Positions 25,081 to 35,267 of a stretch of DNA of 42,546 bases are shown here, piece by piece. The position numbers and the translations under genes are program-made. The notes below the pieces were generated by a model that had not been told where the DNA came from, did not search any database, and saw only the letters and a list, made by a program, of their open reading frames with translations. Each line of letters starts with the position of its first letter. Position 1 is the first letter of the stretch. This DNA comes from Chthonomonadaceae bacterium (GTDB lineage: Bacteria; Armatimonadota; Chthonomonadetes; Chthonomonadales; Chthonomonadaceae): the NCBI GenBank assembly GCA_035650735.1, contig DASRGZ010000033.1, positions 1-42,546 on the forward strand. The letters are read 5' to 3'.

Positions 25081-27039
25081 CTAGCGGCTGGCCGAATCGC
25101 GCGACAGGCGCACCGGCTCTTCTCGCTCGCGTTGGCGTCGTTCAAACTCCGCCATCGCCCACTTCGCGCCCTCGGCGTCGCCCGCGCGGCTCTTCGCCTC
25201 CGCCAGGCGGGGATAGACGGCGAGGGCGTTGGGATCGAGGCGCGCGGCCTGCTCCAGATCCTGCACGGCGCTCTGCGCCTGCCCGCTCTTGAGCGAGAGC
25301 AGCCCGCGCGCATAGAGGAGCATCGGCGTTACGGAAGGGTCATCCTCCGCCGCCTTCAAGTGGGTCACCAGCGCCCGATGATCATCTTCGCTCAAGGGAC
25401 GCTCCCTCAGAGCCTCCAGCGCCAGCACGACGAAAAGCGTATGCGCGGCGCCATCTTCGGGCGAGAGCGCGATGAGCTGGCGCGCGGTTCCAAGCGCCGC
25501 GACGCTCTCCCGGCGGGCGAACTGGCAGCGCAGGAGCGAACGCAGGGCTCGTGTGTTCTCCGGATCGAGGGAGAGCGCCTGCTGGAGCAGTGCCTCCGCC
25601 TTCGCGGGATTGGTTTCGCGCTGTGCCTGACGAATCTGGCGTTCAACCGGCGCATCGCTGACGGCGATGCGCGTGGCGGCGTCCGCCAACCGCTTCCGAT
25701 AGACCGCTCGCTGGTCTGCTTTCCAATCACGAATGCGCTCGTAGTTGATGGCGGCCTCGTGCAGACGGCCCAGGTGAACGAGGATATTTCCCAGGGTCTC
25801 GAAAGCCTCCGGGTTCCGGCGGCTGCCCTCCAGAACCTGACGCATGAGCGGGAGCGCCTGCGCGCTGTGATCGAAGCGATCCAGATCACGGGCCGCCGCG
25901 ACCAGCGCCCGCGGGTTGTCGGGCTCGGTGCGTTCGGCAAAGGCGTGCTCGCGGACACAGCCGTTGACGTCGGCGATCTGGGCGAGCGCGGCGGCAAGGC
26001 GGCGGTGCGCCTGGCGATCCTGGGGCGCGGCAAGCGTAGCGTTCTTGAGGCGACGGCGCTCCTCGGCGCTCCGCGTCAGGGCCAGGTAGCGCGCCTCCCA
26101 GCGCTGTAGGTTGTCGCGGTCGCCAAGTTGGCGGTATGCGCGGCGCAGGGCATCGGCGCAGACCGGATCGGTGGGCGCAAGGCGAGCGGCCTGCTCCAGA
26201 AACGGCAGCGCATCGCGCGCCTTCCCCTGCGCGACAAGGCAGCGCCCCAGCAAGAGCGCGGCGAAAGAGTCCTGGCCGTCCAGCGCGACCGACCGGCGTG
26301 CCTCCTTTTCGGCGGCGGCGAGATCGCCCGAATCTAGCAGGAAGCGGCCATGCTGCCGATGACAGACGGCATCGTTGGGAGCTAGTTCGACCGCACGAGC
26401 GTATTCCCGCTTGGCGTGTCTCGGATCGCCTGATGCCAGCAGGACGGCCAGTTGCAGATGGTCGGCGGCGACGTTCGGGCGGAGATGAATCGCTCTCTCC
26501 AATGCCTCCTGCGCTCCGCCGTTGTTGCCCAGTTTGATGCGTACCGGCGCGAGCAGGGACCAGGCTTCGGCGTGGTTGGGATCGAGCCGGACCGTCTCTT
26601 CCAGCGCGCGCCGGGCCGGTTCGAGATTCTCCTGCGTCAGGTAAAACTTGGCCATCAAGAAGTGCGCTTCCGCCGACTTCGGACGCGTGCCGACGAACTG
26701 GCGGAGCTGGCCGAAGGCCACCGATACGCGCCCGCAACCCAGCAGTGCTCTGGCCCACTCATCCCGCGCCGCCGCCGAGCCCGGGTCGAGGCCGACGGCG
26801 CACTCCAGAACCGGCACGGCCTCACCGAACCGCTGCCGCGCGTTCAGTTTGCGCCCCAGATGATAGAGAAAGAGCGGATCGTTGACATACTGCTCCTGCA
26901 TCCGCAGCTGCTCTTCCAGGCTCATGCGGGCGAAGCGCGCGTTTCGGTAGGGGGCCGAATAGGGCGCGACACAGATCGCTAGGGTCGCTCCCCCGACGAT
27001 CAGAAACGCCGCTATCCGCATCATCCAGCGTCTACGCAT
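25081..27039 (-). CDS. tetratricopeptide repeat protein with N-terminal signal/anchor
   Basis: 652 aa; many TPR units (LDPNHAEAWSLLA, NPEAFETLGNIL); GAGGT RBS. Confidence 0.87.
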   Translation of the reverse strand: MRRRWMMRIAAFLIVGGATLAICVAPYSAPYRNARFARMSLEEQLRMQEQYVNDPLFLYHLGRKLNARQRFGEAVPVLECAVGLDPGSAAARDEWARALLGCGRVSVAFGQLRQFVGTRPKSAEAHFLMAKFYLTQENLEPARRALEETVRLDPNHAEAWSLLAPVRIKLGNNGGAQEALERAIHLRPNVAADHLQLAVLLASGDPRHAKREYARAVELAPNDAVCHRQHGRFLLDSGDLAAAEKEARRSVALDGQDSFAALLLGRCLVAQGKARDALPFLEQAARLAPTDPVCADALRRAYRQLGDRDNLQRWEARYLALTRSAEERRRLKNATLAAPQDRQAHRRLAAALAQIADVNGCVREHAFAERTEPDNPRALVAAARDLDRFDHSAQALPLMRQVLEGSRRNPEAFETLGNILVHLGRLHEAAINYERIRDWKADQRAVYRKRLADAATRIAVSDAPVERQIRQAQRETNPAKAEALLQQALSLDPENTRALRSLLRCQFARRESVAALGTARQLIALSPEDGAAHTLFVVLALEALRERPLSEDDHRALVTHLKAAEDDPSVTPMLLYARGLLSLKSGQAQSAVQDLEQAARLDPNALAVYPRLAEAKSRAGDAEGAKWAMAEFERRQREREEPVRLSRDSASR

Positions 27040-27058
27040 CGTTGTACCTCAATATAAT

Positions 27059-27197
27059 TCAGACAGGATTAACGGGATTTACAGGATTAGACAAAGACAG
27101 AGAAGCCCTGTTGGCAGTCCTGCCTTAAACCGTGGTGGGCCTCGCGCAGGGAGGGCTGTGTGGTGGAAATCCGGTTAATCTCGTTAATCCTGTCTGA
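27059..27197. repeat. ACAGGATT-type inverted tandem repeat element (family C)
   Basis: AGACAGGATTAACGGGATTTACAGGATT ... AATCCGGTTAATCTCGTTAATCCTGTCT. Confidence 0.8.
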
Positions 27198-27220
27198 ATT
27201 TGCTTTTGTCTCTCTCCGTG

Positions 27221-28102
27221 TTAGTCGTGGTTATGCCAGATGTCGGCGGGAGTTCCAATGCGCGCCTGATAGGTTCCGGCGGATACCGATTTGGCATGTC
27301 CATCCGCAAAGGTGACGTTGGCCCGCTTCTGATGGCGGAAGTGGGGGCGGCGCTGGCGGTTGGTGCCCGTATTGCAGTAGTCGCCGCCCATGCCGGGGAT
27401 ATTGAACTCCCATCCCACCGAGCGGCCTTTGTCCTGCCACTGCTCCGGCTGCATCTTGAACGGCCCGCAGTTGGGATCGTTCGGATCGTCGGGGTTGCAG
27501 ATGCCCTCGCAGCCGCTGTAGATATTGGGATCGGACTCCGGCTTGATCTGGGCGGCGTCGGCGAAGGCGACCAGATTCGCCGGCGCTCGCAGGGAGGCCT
27601 GCGCCACGCCGGGGAAGGTGTGCAGACCGCCGGGCAGGTCCGTCCAGCCGGTGGTCAGCACCTGCGAGTTGATGCCGTAGGCGATGCCGACGCCGCTGGC
27701 TATCGGGCCGCCTTCGGAGTTCTCCGGGAACCGGACGGAGGGGCAGGAGTAGATGTTGGCGATGCCTTTGAGTTCGCCGTTGACGAAGTCCGTTCCCGTA
27801 TCGCCATACTTCTGAATGTAGGGCGTGAGCGAGACGGTCCACATATCGCCTCCCCAGGGCCCGCCCTCCTGCCAGGTATAGCCCAGCGGATAGGTCTCGT
27901 CATAGTCCTGGAGATACATCATGCAGCCTGTGCCGATCTGTTTGAGGTTGCTGAGGCAGGAGATGGCGCGTGCCTTCTCGCGGGCCTGGGCGAAGACCGG
28001 GAAGAGGATCGCCGCCAGGATAGCGATAATGGCAATAACGACCAGCAACTCGATCAGCGTGAAACCGTGCTTGCGGCTTCGCAGGGGAGCGAAGAACGTC
28101 AT
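27221..28102 (-). CDS. prepilin-type N-terminal cleavage/methylation protein with H-X9-DG motif (DUF1559-like)
   Basis: [34 protein letters not shown]...[34 protein letters not shown]. Confidence 0.92.
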   Translation of the reverse strand: MTFFAPLRSRKHGFTLIELLVVIAIIAILAAILFPVFAQAREKARAISCLSNLKQIGTGCMMYLQDYDETYPLGYTWQEGGPWGGDMWTVSLTPYIQKYGDTGTDFVNGELKGIANIYSCPSVRFPENSEGGPIASGVGIAYGINSQVLTTGWTDLPGGLHTFPGVAQASLRAPANLVAFADAAQIKPESDPNIYSGCEGICNPDDPNDPNCGPFKMQPEQWQDKGRSVGWEFNIPGMGGDYCNTGTNRQRRPHFRHQKRANVTFADGHAKSVSAGTYQARIGTPADIWHNHD

Positions 28103-28123
28103 CGAATTCTCCTTTCGAGTAGA

Positions 28124-29179
28124 TCAGACACGACGCGGGGGAGCCAGCGTGGTTCCCTCCGTCAGTGTCACAGGGATCAGCCGCTCGACCACGCCCTGTT
28201 CGTGGCCGTGTACGTACTGCAACAGCAGGTCAAGAGCCTCTTCGGCGAGAGCGTCCAGGTCTACGCGGATGGAAGCGGCGATGTGCCGCGTGGCGGCGGG
28301 CCAGTGCAGGCCGTCATAGCCGACGATGGAAAGTTGTTCCGGCACGGCGATCCCTAGCGTCTCGCAGACTTCGAGCGCACTATAGGCGGTGCGGTCGTGC
28401 CAGCAGAAAAGCGTGGTCGGCGGCTCCGGCTCGCTGAAGAGGAAGCGGAGGGCCGCCTCGTGGGTGAACTGCTGTGATTCGCGTGCCGGCACGATCCAGC
28501 GGTCCGGTATGACCACCCCTTTCGGTTGCAGAAAAGCTTGCAGTCGCGCGATCCGTTCCGGGGCATCGGGATTGCCGCCGGGCGGCTCGGTCAGCGCCGC
28601 GATGCGCCGATGTCCCAGCGCGAGGAGCCGTTCGGCGATCTGGCGCATCCCGTCTTCGCCGTCGTCTCGAACGCTGGGCAGAATCCCCTCCCTGTCGCGC
28701 GCGCCCAACAGCACCGTCGGAAGGCGAGAGGCCCGCAGGTAGGGCAGCAGGGCATCGTCAGGCGGGGGAGCAAAGAAGAGGACACCGTCTACCACGCCCC
28801 CATTCAGGTGGCGATAGGTTTCCTCCGGCGAGCGATTAAAGTCGCAGTGCACCAGGATGTCGTAGCCACGCGCGCCCCCCGCCCTTTCAATGGCGGTGGA
28901 GAGGGTGTCCATATAGAGGTCATGGACGCTGCGTAGGCGGAAGCCGTTATAAAAAGAGAGGATATGGGTCGCACCGCGCTGCAGGGAGTGGACGAGGCGA
29001 TTGGGGGTATAGTCCAGTTCGCTCGCCGCCTGCAAGACGCGCTGATAGGTCTCCTCGGAGATACGGTGCTGGCCGGCTTTGCCGCCGAGAATCAAGGAAG
29101 CCGTCGTGGTGGAAACGCCGGCCCGGACGGCGACCTCGTTGAGGGTCGCGCGGGGTTTTCGAGACGTGGATGCTCGCAT
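28124..29179 (-). CDS. LacI-family transcriptional regulator
   Basis: TLNEVAVRAGVSTTTASLIL...ELDYTPN; GHRRIA; VPEQLSIVGYDG. Confidence 0.93.
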   Translation of the reverse strand: MRASTSRKPRATLNEVAVRAGVSTTTASLILGGKAGQHRISEETYQRVLQAASELDYTPNRLVHSLQRGATHILSFYNGFRLRSVHDLYMDTLSTAIERAGGARGYDILVHCDFNRSPEETYRHLNGGVVDGVLFFAPPPDDALLPYLRASRLPTVLLGARDREGILPSVRDDGEDGMRQIAERLLALGHRRIAALTEPPGGNPDAPERIARLQAFLQPKGVVIPDRWIVPARESQQFTHEAALRFLFSEPEPPTTLFCWHDRTAYSALEVCETLGIAVPEQLSIVGYDGLHWPAATRHIAASIRVDLDALAEEALDLLLQYVHGHEQGVVERLIPVTLTEGTTLAPPRRV

Positions 29180-29190
29180 GTCGCGCCTTT

Positions 29191-29260
29191 GCTAAAATAC
29201 TTTAGCGCAGTATAACAAGAGACCGGCGGGATGTCAAGGGGTCTGCTAAAATATTTTAGC
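29191..29260 (-). promoter_or_regulatory. sigma70 promoter flanked by two LacI-type operators
   Basis: Minus strand TTGACA (29237-29232)-N17-TATACT (29214-29209). Operators GCTAAAATACTTTAGC (29191-29206) and perfect palindrome GCTAAAATATTTTAGC (29245-29260). Confidence 0.85.
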
Positions 29261-29430
29261 GAAATTTTAACCCGCCGATAAGCGAACGATGGGCGGCGGC
29301 GTGTCAAAGGCGAAATCGGAAAAGCCCACGCTTCAGGAGCGCTGCATTTAGAACTTCCGCCTCATGTCTACTGGACGAGGGGTTAGAGGGTGAGGGCCTG
29401 TGAGGGTATCATGGAGGCGTGGAATCCCAT

Positions 29431-30463
29431 ATGCCGCATGTCGAAAAGTCAATCTCGAAGCAGGCAGTCGCCAGCACACGCCGACGCAGACGGCGGGGGC
29501 TGCGCCGGATAGGCGCGGCGATTGTGCTGTTGGCGCTGTTGCTTATCGCCGACTACTGGGCCTATCCTTATGGAACTCATCTCGGCGGGCGCAGCCTCAA
29601 CACGGGGGAGAACGGCCTGTGGCTGCGCTATACCTGGTACTTCGGCCAACACAGCGACGCCGACCTACGACGTCTAGCGCAGCAGTTGGGCGAGCGGCAG
29701 ATTCGCTATGCCTACTTCCATGTGCGGGGCATCACCAGAGCGGGCACGCTCGCGTACCGCTATCCCGACCGGGCGCGGCATCTGATCGCGCTGATGCATC
29801 GGGAAGTGCCCTCGGTCAAGGTCATCGCCTGGGTCTATGCGGGCAATCGGCGTGGCGCAGGGGAGGTGGATTTAAGCAATCCGCGTGTTCGGCAGGCGAT
29901 GGTCGGCGAGGCGGTCTGGCTGGTGACGGCGGGCGGTTTCGACGGTGTGCAGTGGGACTACGAAATCTGCGACAATGCCGACCCTGACTTCCTGAACCTG
30001 ATGCACGAGACCCGTGCCGCGCTGCCGCAGGGCAAGCTGCTCTCCACCGCCACTCCGCTCTGGCTGCCGCGCCCCCTGCTGCGGTGGGGATGGAGCGAGG
30101 ACTACTTCCGTCAGGTGGCAGCAACGTGCGACCAGATCGCCGTCATGTGCTACGATTCGGGCTTCTACCTGCCGCGCAGCTACGTCTGGCTCGTCCGCCA
30201 GCAGGCGATTCATGTGACCCAGGCTGTCGCCAGAAGCAACCTGCGCTGCCGCGTGCTGTTGGGCATACCGACCTACGAGCGCGGCTTCTTCTCGCATAAT
30301 CCCCACGCCGGGAAATATCGCCCTGGCGCTGCGCGGCGTGCGCGAGGGGCTATCCCATCCCAGCGCCAACCCCTCTGTTTGGGCGGGCGTCGCGCCCTTG
30401 GCCGACTACACCACCGACGCCAGCGAATGGGAGACATATCGCACCCTCTGGCTGGAGCGCTGA
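29431..30463 (+). pseudogene. membrane-anchored GH18-like glycoside hydrolase, frameshifted near 30310
   Basis: TM anchor; FDGVQWDYE and DQIAVMCYD motifs. A +1 shift after HNPHA restores NIALALRGVREGL...ADYTTDASEWETYRTLWLER ending at TGA 30461-30463, just before the convergent csaB stop. Confidence 0.7.
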
Positions 30464-30468
30464 TAGCG

Positions 30469-31596
30469 TTATTTTGTTATGGCGAAGCGGTAGAGACGTT
30501 CGGCGAGGGAGAAGGCGATTTCGGCGTTGCGGAGGGCGAGGCGTTCCAGGTGCGGGACCTGAGCGCAGAGGGAGGCGGAGCGCGCTTCCCGGTCGGCCAG
30601 GATAGCGGCGACGCGCGCGGCGACCTCCTCCGGGTCGAAGCCGCGCCAGTGCTCCAGAGAGTCGGCCAGGCCCAGGTTGCGCATCAGGTTTTCCACTTTG
30701 GGATCGTAGGAGAGCGCGAAGGGAGGCACGCCCATGCGGGCCGCGAAAATGAGCGCGTGCAGGCGCATGGCGACGACCGCCTGCATCCGCCCGACCAGTC
30801 CTAGCAGCATGTCCGGCGGATAGGGACGGCCCACGATGGGGAAAGTGCCCGTTCCCTCTGCGTTCCGAGCGACCTCCTCCGTGAAGGCCACGTCGCCCGG
30901 CGTCTGCATTGGCAGCAGCACGACGCGCGCCTTGCACTGTGCCTCCAGCTCGGCCAGCAGGCGCGCGTAGGACTTGACCGGGGACTCGCCCCCGCCGCCC
31001 CAGGGCCGTAGCGCCACGCCGATCAGCGGCGCGTCGGCGGGCAGGTTTTCGGCCTCAAAGAGCGCATCTATGGAGCGCGCAGAGGCCGGCGTGAGGGCAA
31101 AGGCCGGGTCTGCCGTGACCTCTATTGCCGGGCGGGAGACGCCCAGCGCGGCCAGCAGTTGCGCGGAAGGCGCGTCGCGCACCGTGATATAGGCGGCGCG
31201 GTTCGCCACGAGGCGCACCAGCGCGCGCGAGACGGCGCGGCGCAGCGGCCCCACCCCCTGCGCATAGAACATCGTCGGTACGCCCGCGCTATAGGCCAGG
31301 CGAATCACCCAGAGGTAGTAGAGCAGCGAGCGGACGCTGGTCGTGTCCTGGAGCAGGCTGCCGCCCCCGGAAAGCAGCAGGTCACTTCCCTTCAGCGCGC
31401 GGCGCACCGCCGACAGGTTCATGCGGTCTACCGCCGCCAGCCCATGCAGCCGTCGGGTTTCCTCCGGGTTTTGGGAAAGAACCGTCAGATCCGCCGCCTC
31501 GCCGGCACGCCGCGCGAGCGACTCCTTGATCCCCGCCAGGACCGCCTCATCGCCCGCGTTGCCGCACCCATAGTAGCCCGATACTACAAATCGCAT
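30469..31596 (-). CDS. csaB: polysaccharide pyruvyl transferase CsaB
   Basis: SGYYGCGNAGDEA, SGGGSLLQDTTSVRSLLYY, AQGVGP, MRLHALI, YDPKV. Confidence 0.92.
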   Translation of the reverse strand: MRFVVSGYYGCGNAGDEAVLAGIKESLARRAGEAADLTVLSQNPEETRRLHGLAAVDRMNLSAVRRALKGSDLLLSGGGSLLQDTTSVRSLLYYLWVIRLAYSAGVPTMFYAQGVGPLRRAVSRALVRLVANRAAYITVRDAPSAQLLAALGVSRPAIEVTADPAFALTPASARSIDALFEAENLPADAPLIGVALRPWGGGGESPVKSYARLLAELEAQCKARVVLLPMQTPGDVAFTEEVARNAEGTGTFPIVGRPYPPDMLLGLVGRMQAVVAMRLHALIFAARMGVPPFALSYDPKVENLMRNLGLADSLEHWRGFDPEEVAARVAAILADREARSASLCAQVPHLERLALRNAEIAFSLAERLYRFAITK

Positions 31597-31610
31597 GACT
31601 CTAGGTCGCC

Positions 31611-33764
31611 TCAGGTTGTCATCGTCTCAGGAACCGTTTCCCGCACAACGGGGCGCGCCTCCCTTGTGGTTACAGACGCTTCATCCGACGGGGGCGGAAA
31701 AAAAAACTCGGCCAGGATAAACAGCGCCGCGCCGATCAGCGCGCCCAACACCAGCCCGATACCGTCGCGCCAGATAGAGAGGAGCAGCGGCGTGTGGATG
31801 TGGCAGAACGTGTTGAGCAGCGAGACCTGCCCCAGGCTGCCGACCACGAAGAACGGGAGCGCCAGCTTGCGCCGTCCGCGCCACCACCACGCCAGCCCCA
31901 GCAGCAGCGCCGGATGCCCGATCAGGAATTCTTTCGTGCGCGGGCGCACTGGCAGCACCCGGTCGAGGACGGCCCGCACCTTCATCTCGAAGCCCGAAAC
32001 GCCCACGCCGGGATCGTTGCCTGTGCGCGCCACCACCAGCGCCAGTGCCGCCAGCGCCGCCACGCCCAGCACCAGCAGGCCGAACCGCACTGGCTCATTC
32101 CAGAGGGCGCGTAGGCGCTCCGTAACACGACGCCGGTAGTGGTCCCAGCTTTCGCGCGGCGCGGCGGCACCGCCCAGAAGGGCCGCCACGGCCACCAGCA
32201 CGACGGGAATGGCGTGCTGGGCCTTGATGCCCAGGAACTGGCTGGCATGGAGCATGAAGGGCCGCGTCGCCAGCAGCCCGATCACCTGGAGGATGCCGAG
32301 CGCCGTGATCGCGCTGGCCAGTCCCAGGCCGCGCAACGCCGCCACCAGGCACAGGCGTTTCTGGTTGCGGTCGAACGCGCTGGGATCATCGCCGGATACG
32401 AGGGCAAACGCGGAGCCGGAGCGCGGGAAGACCCGCAGGCACGCCGCCGTCGGGAAGACGATCCCCGCCAGCAATGCGACCAGCTTGCGGCCCATCTCGC
32501 CCGCGTCCGCCGCCAGCCCGGCGCAGATCACGCACAGCCCGATCAGCAGCAGCGCCTGGCTGCGCGGCGGCAGCGGACAGAACAGGCGCAGCATCCAGAC
32601 CGTGCCCGCCGCCGCGCCCAGCGCGACCAGGGCAAACAGCACGGCAGGAAGGTGCGTCTCCTCGAACGGATGCGCCTCGCCAAACTCGAAAGCCCCGCCC
32701 GTGACCGCGCTGTTGCGCTGGATGCCCTCCGCAATTTTCTTGACGTATTCGACGTTCGCCGCGACGGGATCGGCCCCGGCCATCGTCAGCAGGCGCACGA
32801 AGCAGAACCGGATGTTGCGCTCGCGGGCGGCCCGCACGAAGCGTTCGATGGCCTCGTTCTCGTCGAGCTGAGCCATCTCCGCCGCCTGAACGGCGTGCAC
32901 GCGCACGTAGTCGCCGTGCAGCGCCGCCGTCAGCTTATCGTCGCCCTTCTGCTTGCTGAACTCTACCGCGCCATAGGTCAGCGGGATAGGCGCAACGCCT
33001 GCCGAAGCGCTGGCCTCGCCGGGGGCCGGATGGCGCAGCAGCGCCGCGACCTCCGGCTCCAGGCCGCGATAACCAAGAACGTCGTCGCCGACAAAAATGA
33101 CGGTGGAGGTGCCCTGTGCGCTCAAATTCCGCAGGACGTTGGCCGCCGTAGTGGGCGTGACGCCGGGAAAATTGCTGATGCGCCCGGCGATATATAGGTG
33201 CGCCGCCCGTGTCGCCGCCACCGCATCCGGGTTCAGGCCCAGGCCCAGCGTCCGCAGGTTCGCGTATTCGACCGGAACCGCCACGCCTTCCAGCGTGCGG
33301 CCCGTCGCCTTATCCACCAGGGCAAAGAGCGTTCCCCCGACGGGCACGCTGGTGGCCTGCCCCCCGCCGAGCGGCAGGAGTCCGCGCACCTGCAATGCCG
33401 TACGTATCCGCTGCAGCGTCGCCGCGTTATCCACCTCGACCAGCGTGCCCAGCCCGCCATGGGCCGCCGGAACGCGCGCCGGACGAGTCGCGCCCGTCTG
33501 ATCTAAGGTCGCAAGGGTCTCCTCGTTGAGCACCAGGGTGCTGACGCCCTGCGCCTTGAACTGGTTCAGTACCTCCCGCAGCGGCATATGCTGCGGATTC
33601 ATCTGCGCCAGGTTGGAGATTTCCGACCACTCCAGCGCGATCTCGACGCGCCGATTCCTGGCTTCTACATGGAACCGCCGGAACGCGGCCAGCAGCCCGG
33701 CCACCGTTCCGACGGCGATTAAAACTGCCCATACCAGCGGGAGCGCCCGCAAACGATTTTGCAT
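31611..33764 (-). CDS. DUF5693 family membrane protein
   Basis: RAARERNIR, FLGIK, RTGN, VRPRTKEFLIGHP, NTFCHIHTP; typical upstream neighbour of csaB. Confidence 0.85.
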   Translation of the reverse strand: MQNRLRALPLVWAVLIAVGTVAGLLAAFRRFHVEARNRRVEIALEWSEISNLAQMNPQHMPLREVLNQFKAQGVSTLVLNEETLATLDQTGATRPARVPAAHGGLGTLVEVDNAATLQRIRTALQVRGLLPLGGGQATSVPVGGTLFALVDKATGRTLEGVAVPVEYANLRTLGLGLNPDAVAATRAAHLYIAGRISNFPGVTPTTAANVLRNLSAQGTSTVIFVGDDVLGYRGLEPEVAALLRHPAPGEASASAGVAPIPLTYGAVEFSKQKGDDKLTAALHGDYVRVHAVQAAEMAQLDENEAIERFVRAARERNIRFCFVRLLTMAGADPVAANVEYVKKIAEGIQRNSAVTGGAFEFGEAHPFEETHLPAVLFALVALGAAAGTVWMLRLFCPLPPRSQALLLIGLCVICAGLAADAGEMGRKLVALLAGIVFPTAACLRVFPRSGSAFALVSGDDPSAFDRNQKRLCLVAALRGLGLASAITALGILQVIGLLATRPFMLHASQFLGIKAQHAIPVVLVAVAALLGGAAAPRESWDHYRRRVTERLRALWNEPVRFGLLVLGVAALAALALVVARTGNDPGVGVSGFEMKVRAVLDRVLPVRPRTKEFLIGHPALLLGLAWWWRGRRKLALPFFVVGSLGQVSLLNTFCHIHTPLLLSIWRDGIGLVLGALIGAALFILAEFFFPPPSDEASVTTREARPVVRETVPETMTT

Positions 33765-33804
33765 TTGCTATCCTACGTTTAGGGAAGGCCCTTACTCTAG
33801 TTGG

Positions 33805-33956
33805 CCTCACCCCCGTCCCCTCTCCTTCTCAAGGAGAGGGGAGAGTCCATTCCTGGCTTGCCCGTTCCCCCTCTCCTTGTTAAGGAGAGGGGGTCAGGGG
33901 GTGAGGTCTGCTTCCCCTCTCCCGCAGCGCTGGGAGAGGGGGATAGGGGCTGAGGG
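33805..33956. repeat. family-A REP cluster
   Basis: CCTCACCCCCGTCCCCTCTCCTTCTCAAGGAGAGGGG plus two inverted units ending GGGGTGAGG / GGGGCTGAGGG. Confidence 0.8.
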
Positions 33957-33962
33957 CATGTG

Positions 33963-34769
33963 TTATGAACCGCGCCACCAGCGGTTTGCGTTATAGTCTT
34001 CATCGAAGCCGCGCGAGACGGGCGGAGGTAAGAGCTTACGCCCGCCCAGGATCACAATCAGCAGCATGCCGGTCACAAAGCCGCCGACGTGGGCCAGATA
34101 GGCCACGCCGCCGCCGCGTTGCAGCATTCCGCCACTGCCCAGCAGCCGCGCGTTGAGGAATTGGAGCAGAAACCACTGGCCAATAACGATGATGGCCGGC
34201 AGATCCAAGAACATACCGAAGAAAAAGATCGGCACCAGACATAAGACCTGCGCGCCCGGATAGAGCCAGAGATAGCCCCCCATCAGCCCGGCTATCGCGC
34301 CGCTTGCGCCGATGGTCGGAATGGTGGAGGCGGGATCGCTGGCGATGTGTATGGCGGCGGCGCCCAGGCCGCTCAGCAGATAGAAGACGATGAACCGGGG
34401 ACGGCCCAACACATCCTCAATATTATTGCCGAAAATCCATAAATAGAGCATGTTCCCGCCCAGGTGCAGCCAGTTGGCGTGCAGGAACATGGCCGTAAAG
34501 ATCGTCAGCCAGGATGGTTGGAAGGCATACGGTATCCGATCCGCCACGCCGGGCTGTCCCGTAACCAGCGCTGGGATCATGGCGTATTGAGCGGAGAGAA
34601 TGCCGACAGGCATCTGTACCTCTCTGGGGCCGACGCGCGTCATGACCACCTCGCGTATCAGCACCGGGTGCAGTTGATCCCATAGGAAGACCAGCACGTT
34701 GGCCACGATCAGCAGCACGCAGATTATAGGGAAGCGTCGCGTCGGGTTGTTATCGCGCAGCGGTATCAA
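33963..34769 (-). CDS. rhomboid-family intramembrane serine protease
   Basis: IPLRDNNP start (TTG 34769), MFLHANWLHLGGNM, FGNNIED, GASGA, VAYLAHVGGF. Confidence 0.92.
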   Translation of the reverse strand: MIPLRDNNPTRRFPIICVLLIVANVLVFLWDQLHPVLIREVVMTRVGPREVQMPVGILSAQYAMIPALVTGQPGVADRIPYAFQPSWLTIFTAMFLHANWLHLGGNMLYLWIFGNNIEDVLGRPRFIVFYLLSGLGAAAIHIASDPASTIPTIGASGAIAGLMGGYLWLYPGAQVLCLVPIFFFGMFLDLPAIIVIGQWFLLQFLNARLLGSGGMLQRGGGVAYLAHVGGFVTGMLLIVILGGRKLLPPPVSRGFDEDYNANRWWRGS

Positions 34770-35267
34770 GGGGCCAGCCTTTCTCGCGGGGCCGCATTCC
34801 ACCCTGCTTGGTTAGCGCACTTATGCTGTTTTGAAACACCGGCACGGTATCCAGGCCGAAGCAGAAATTCAAAGAGCATTAGCGCGCGTTCGTCCGATGG
34901 AGTCCTTAGGTTCCTGTCGCGCGGCGTATGGCAGCGTTTTCACCAGCCATTGTGACACGAAATGGGCCTCTATTGCAACCATCGGGCCGCATGTGCCTGT
35001 CATGAGCCAGGAGGCAGGGGCGACACGGCAACTGCCCTGCCTCATCCTCTTTACGGGAGCGCGCCGCGTTTCGTTTCCCCAAAAAGAGGCCGGCCTTTTT
35101 CACTGCTGGAAGAGGACGATACCCTGCCCTGGTAGAATACGCTTCTGCATAAATCATGCAAACTTCCGGCGTCTCCCGGTCGTAGAAGAGGGGTTAGCCG
35201 CCGTGTCCCCGCTTGAGAGGCGGCGCTTTCCCCTCCGGCCCAACGCCGGAATTGCCTAAGGATCGTT

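Noticed and set aside
34803..35267. Small ORFs or ncRNA in the rhomboid-MATE divergent gap
   Set aside because: No convincing RBS, motif or recognisable RNA structure.
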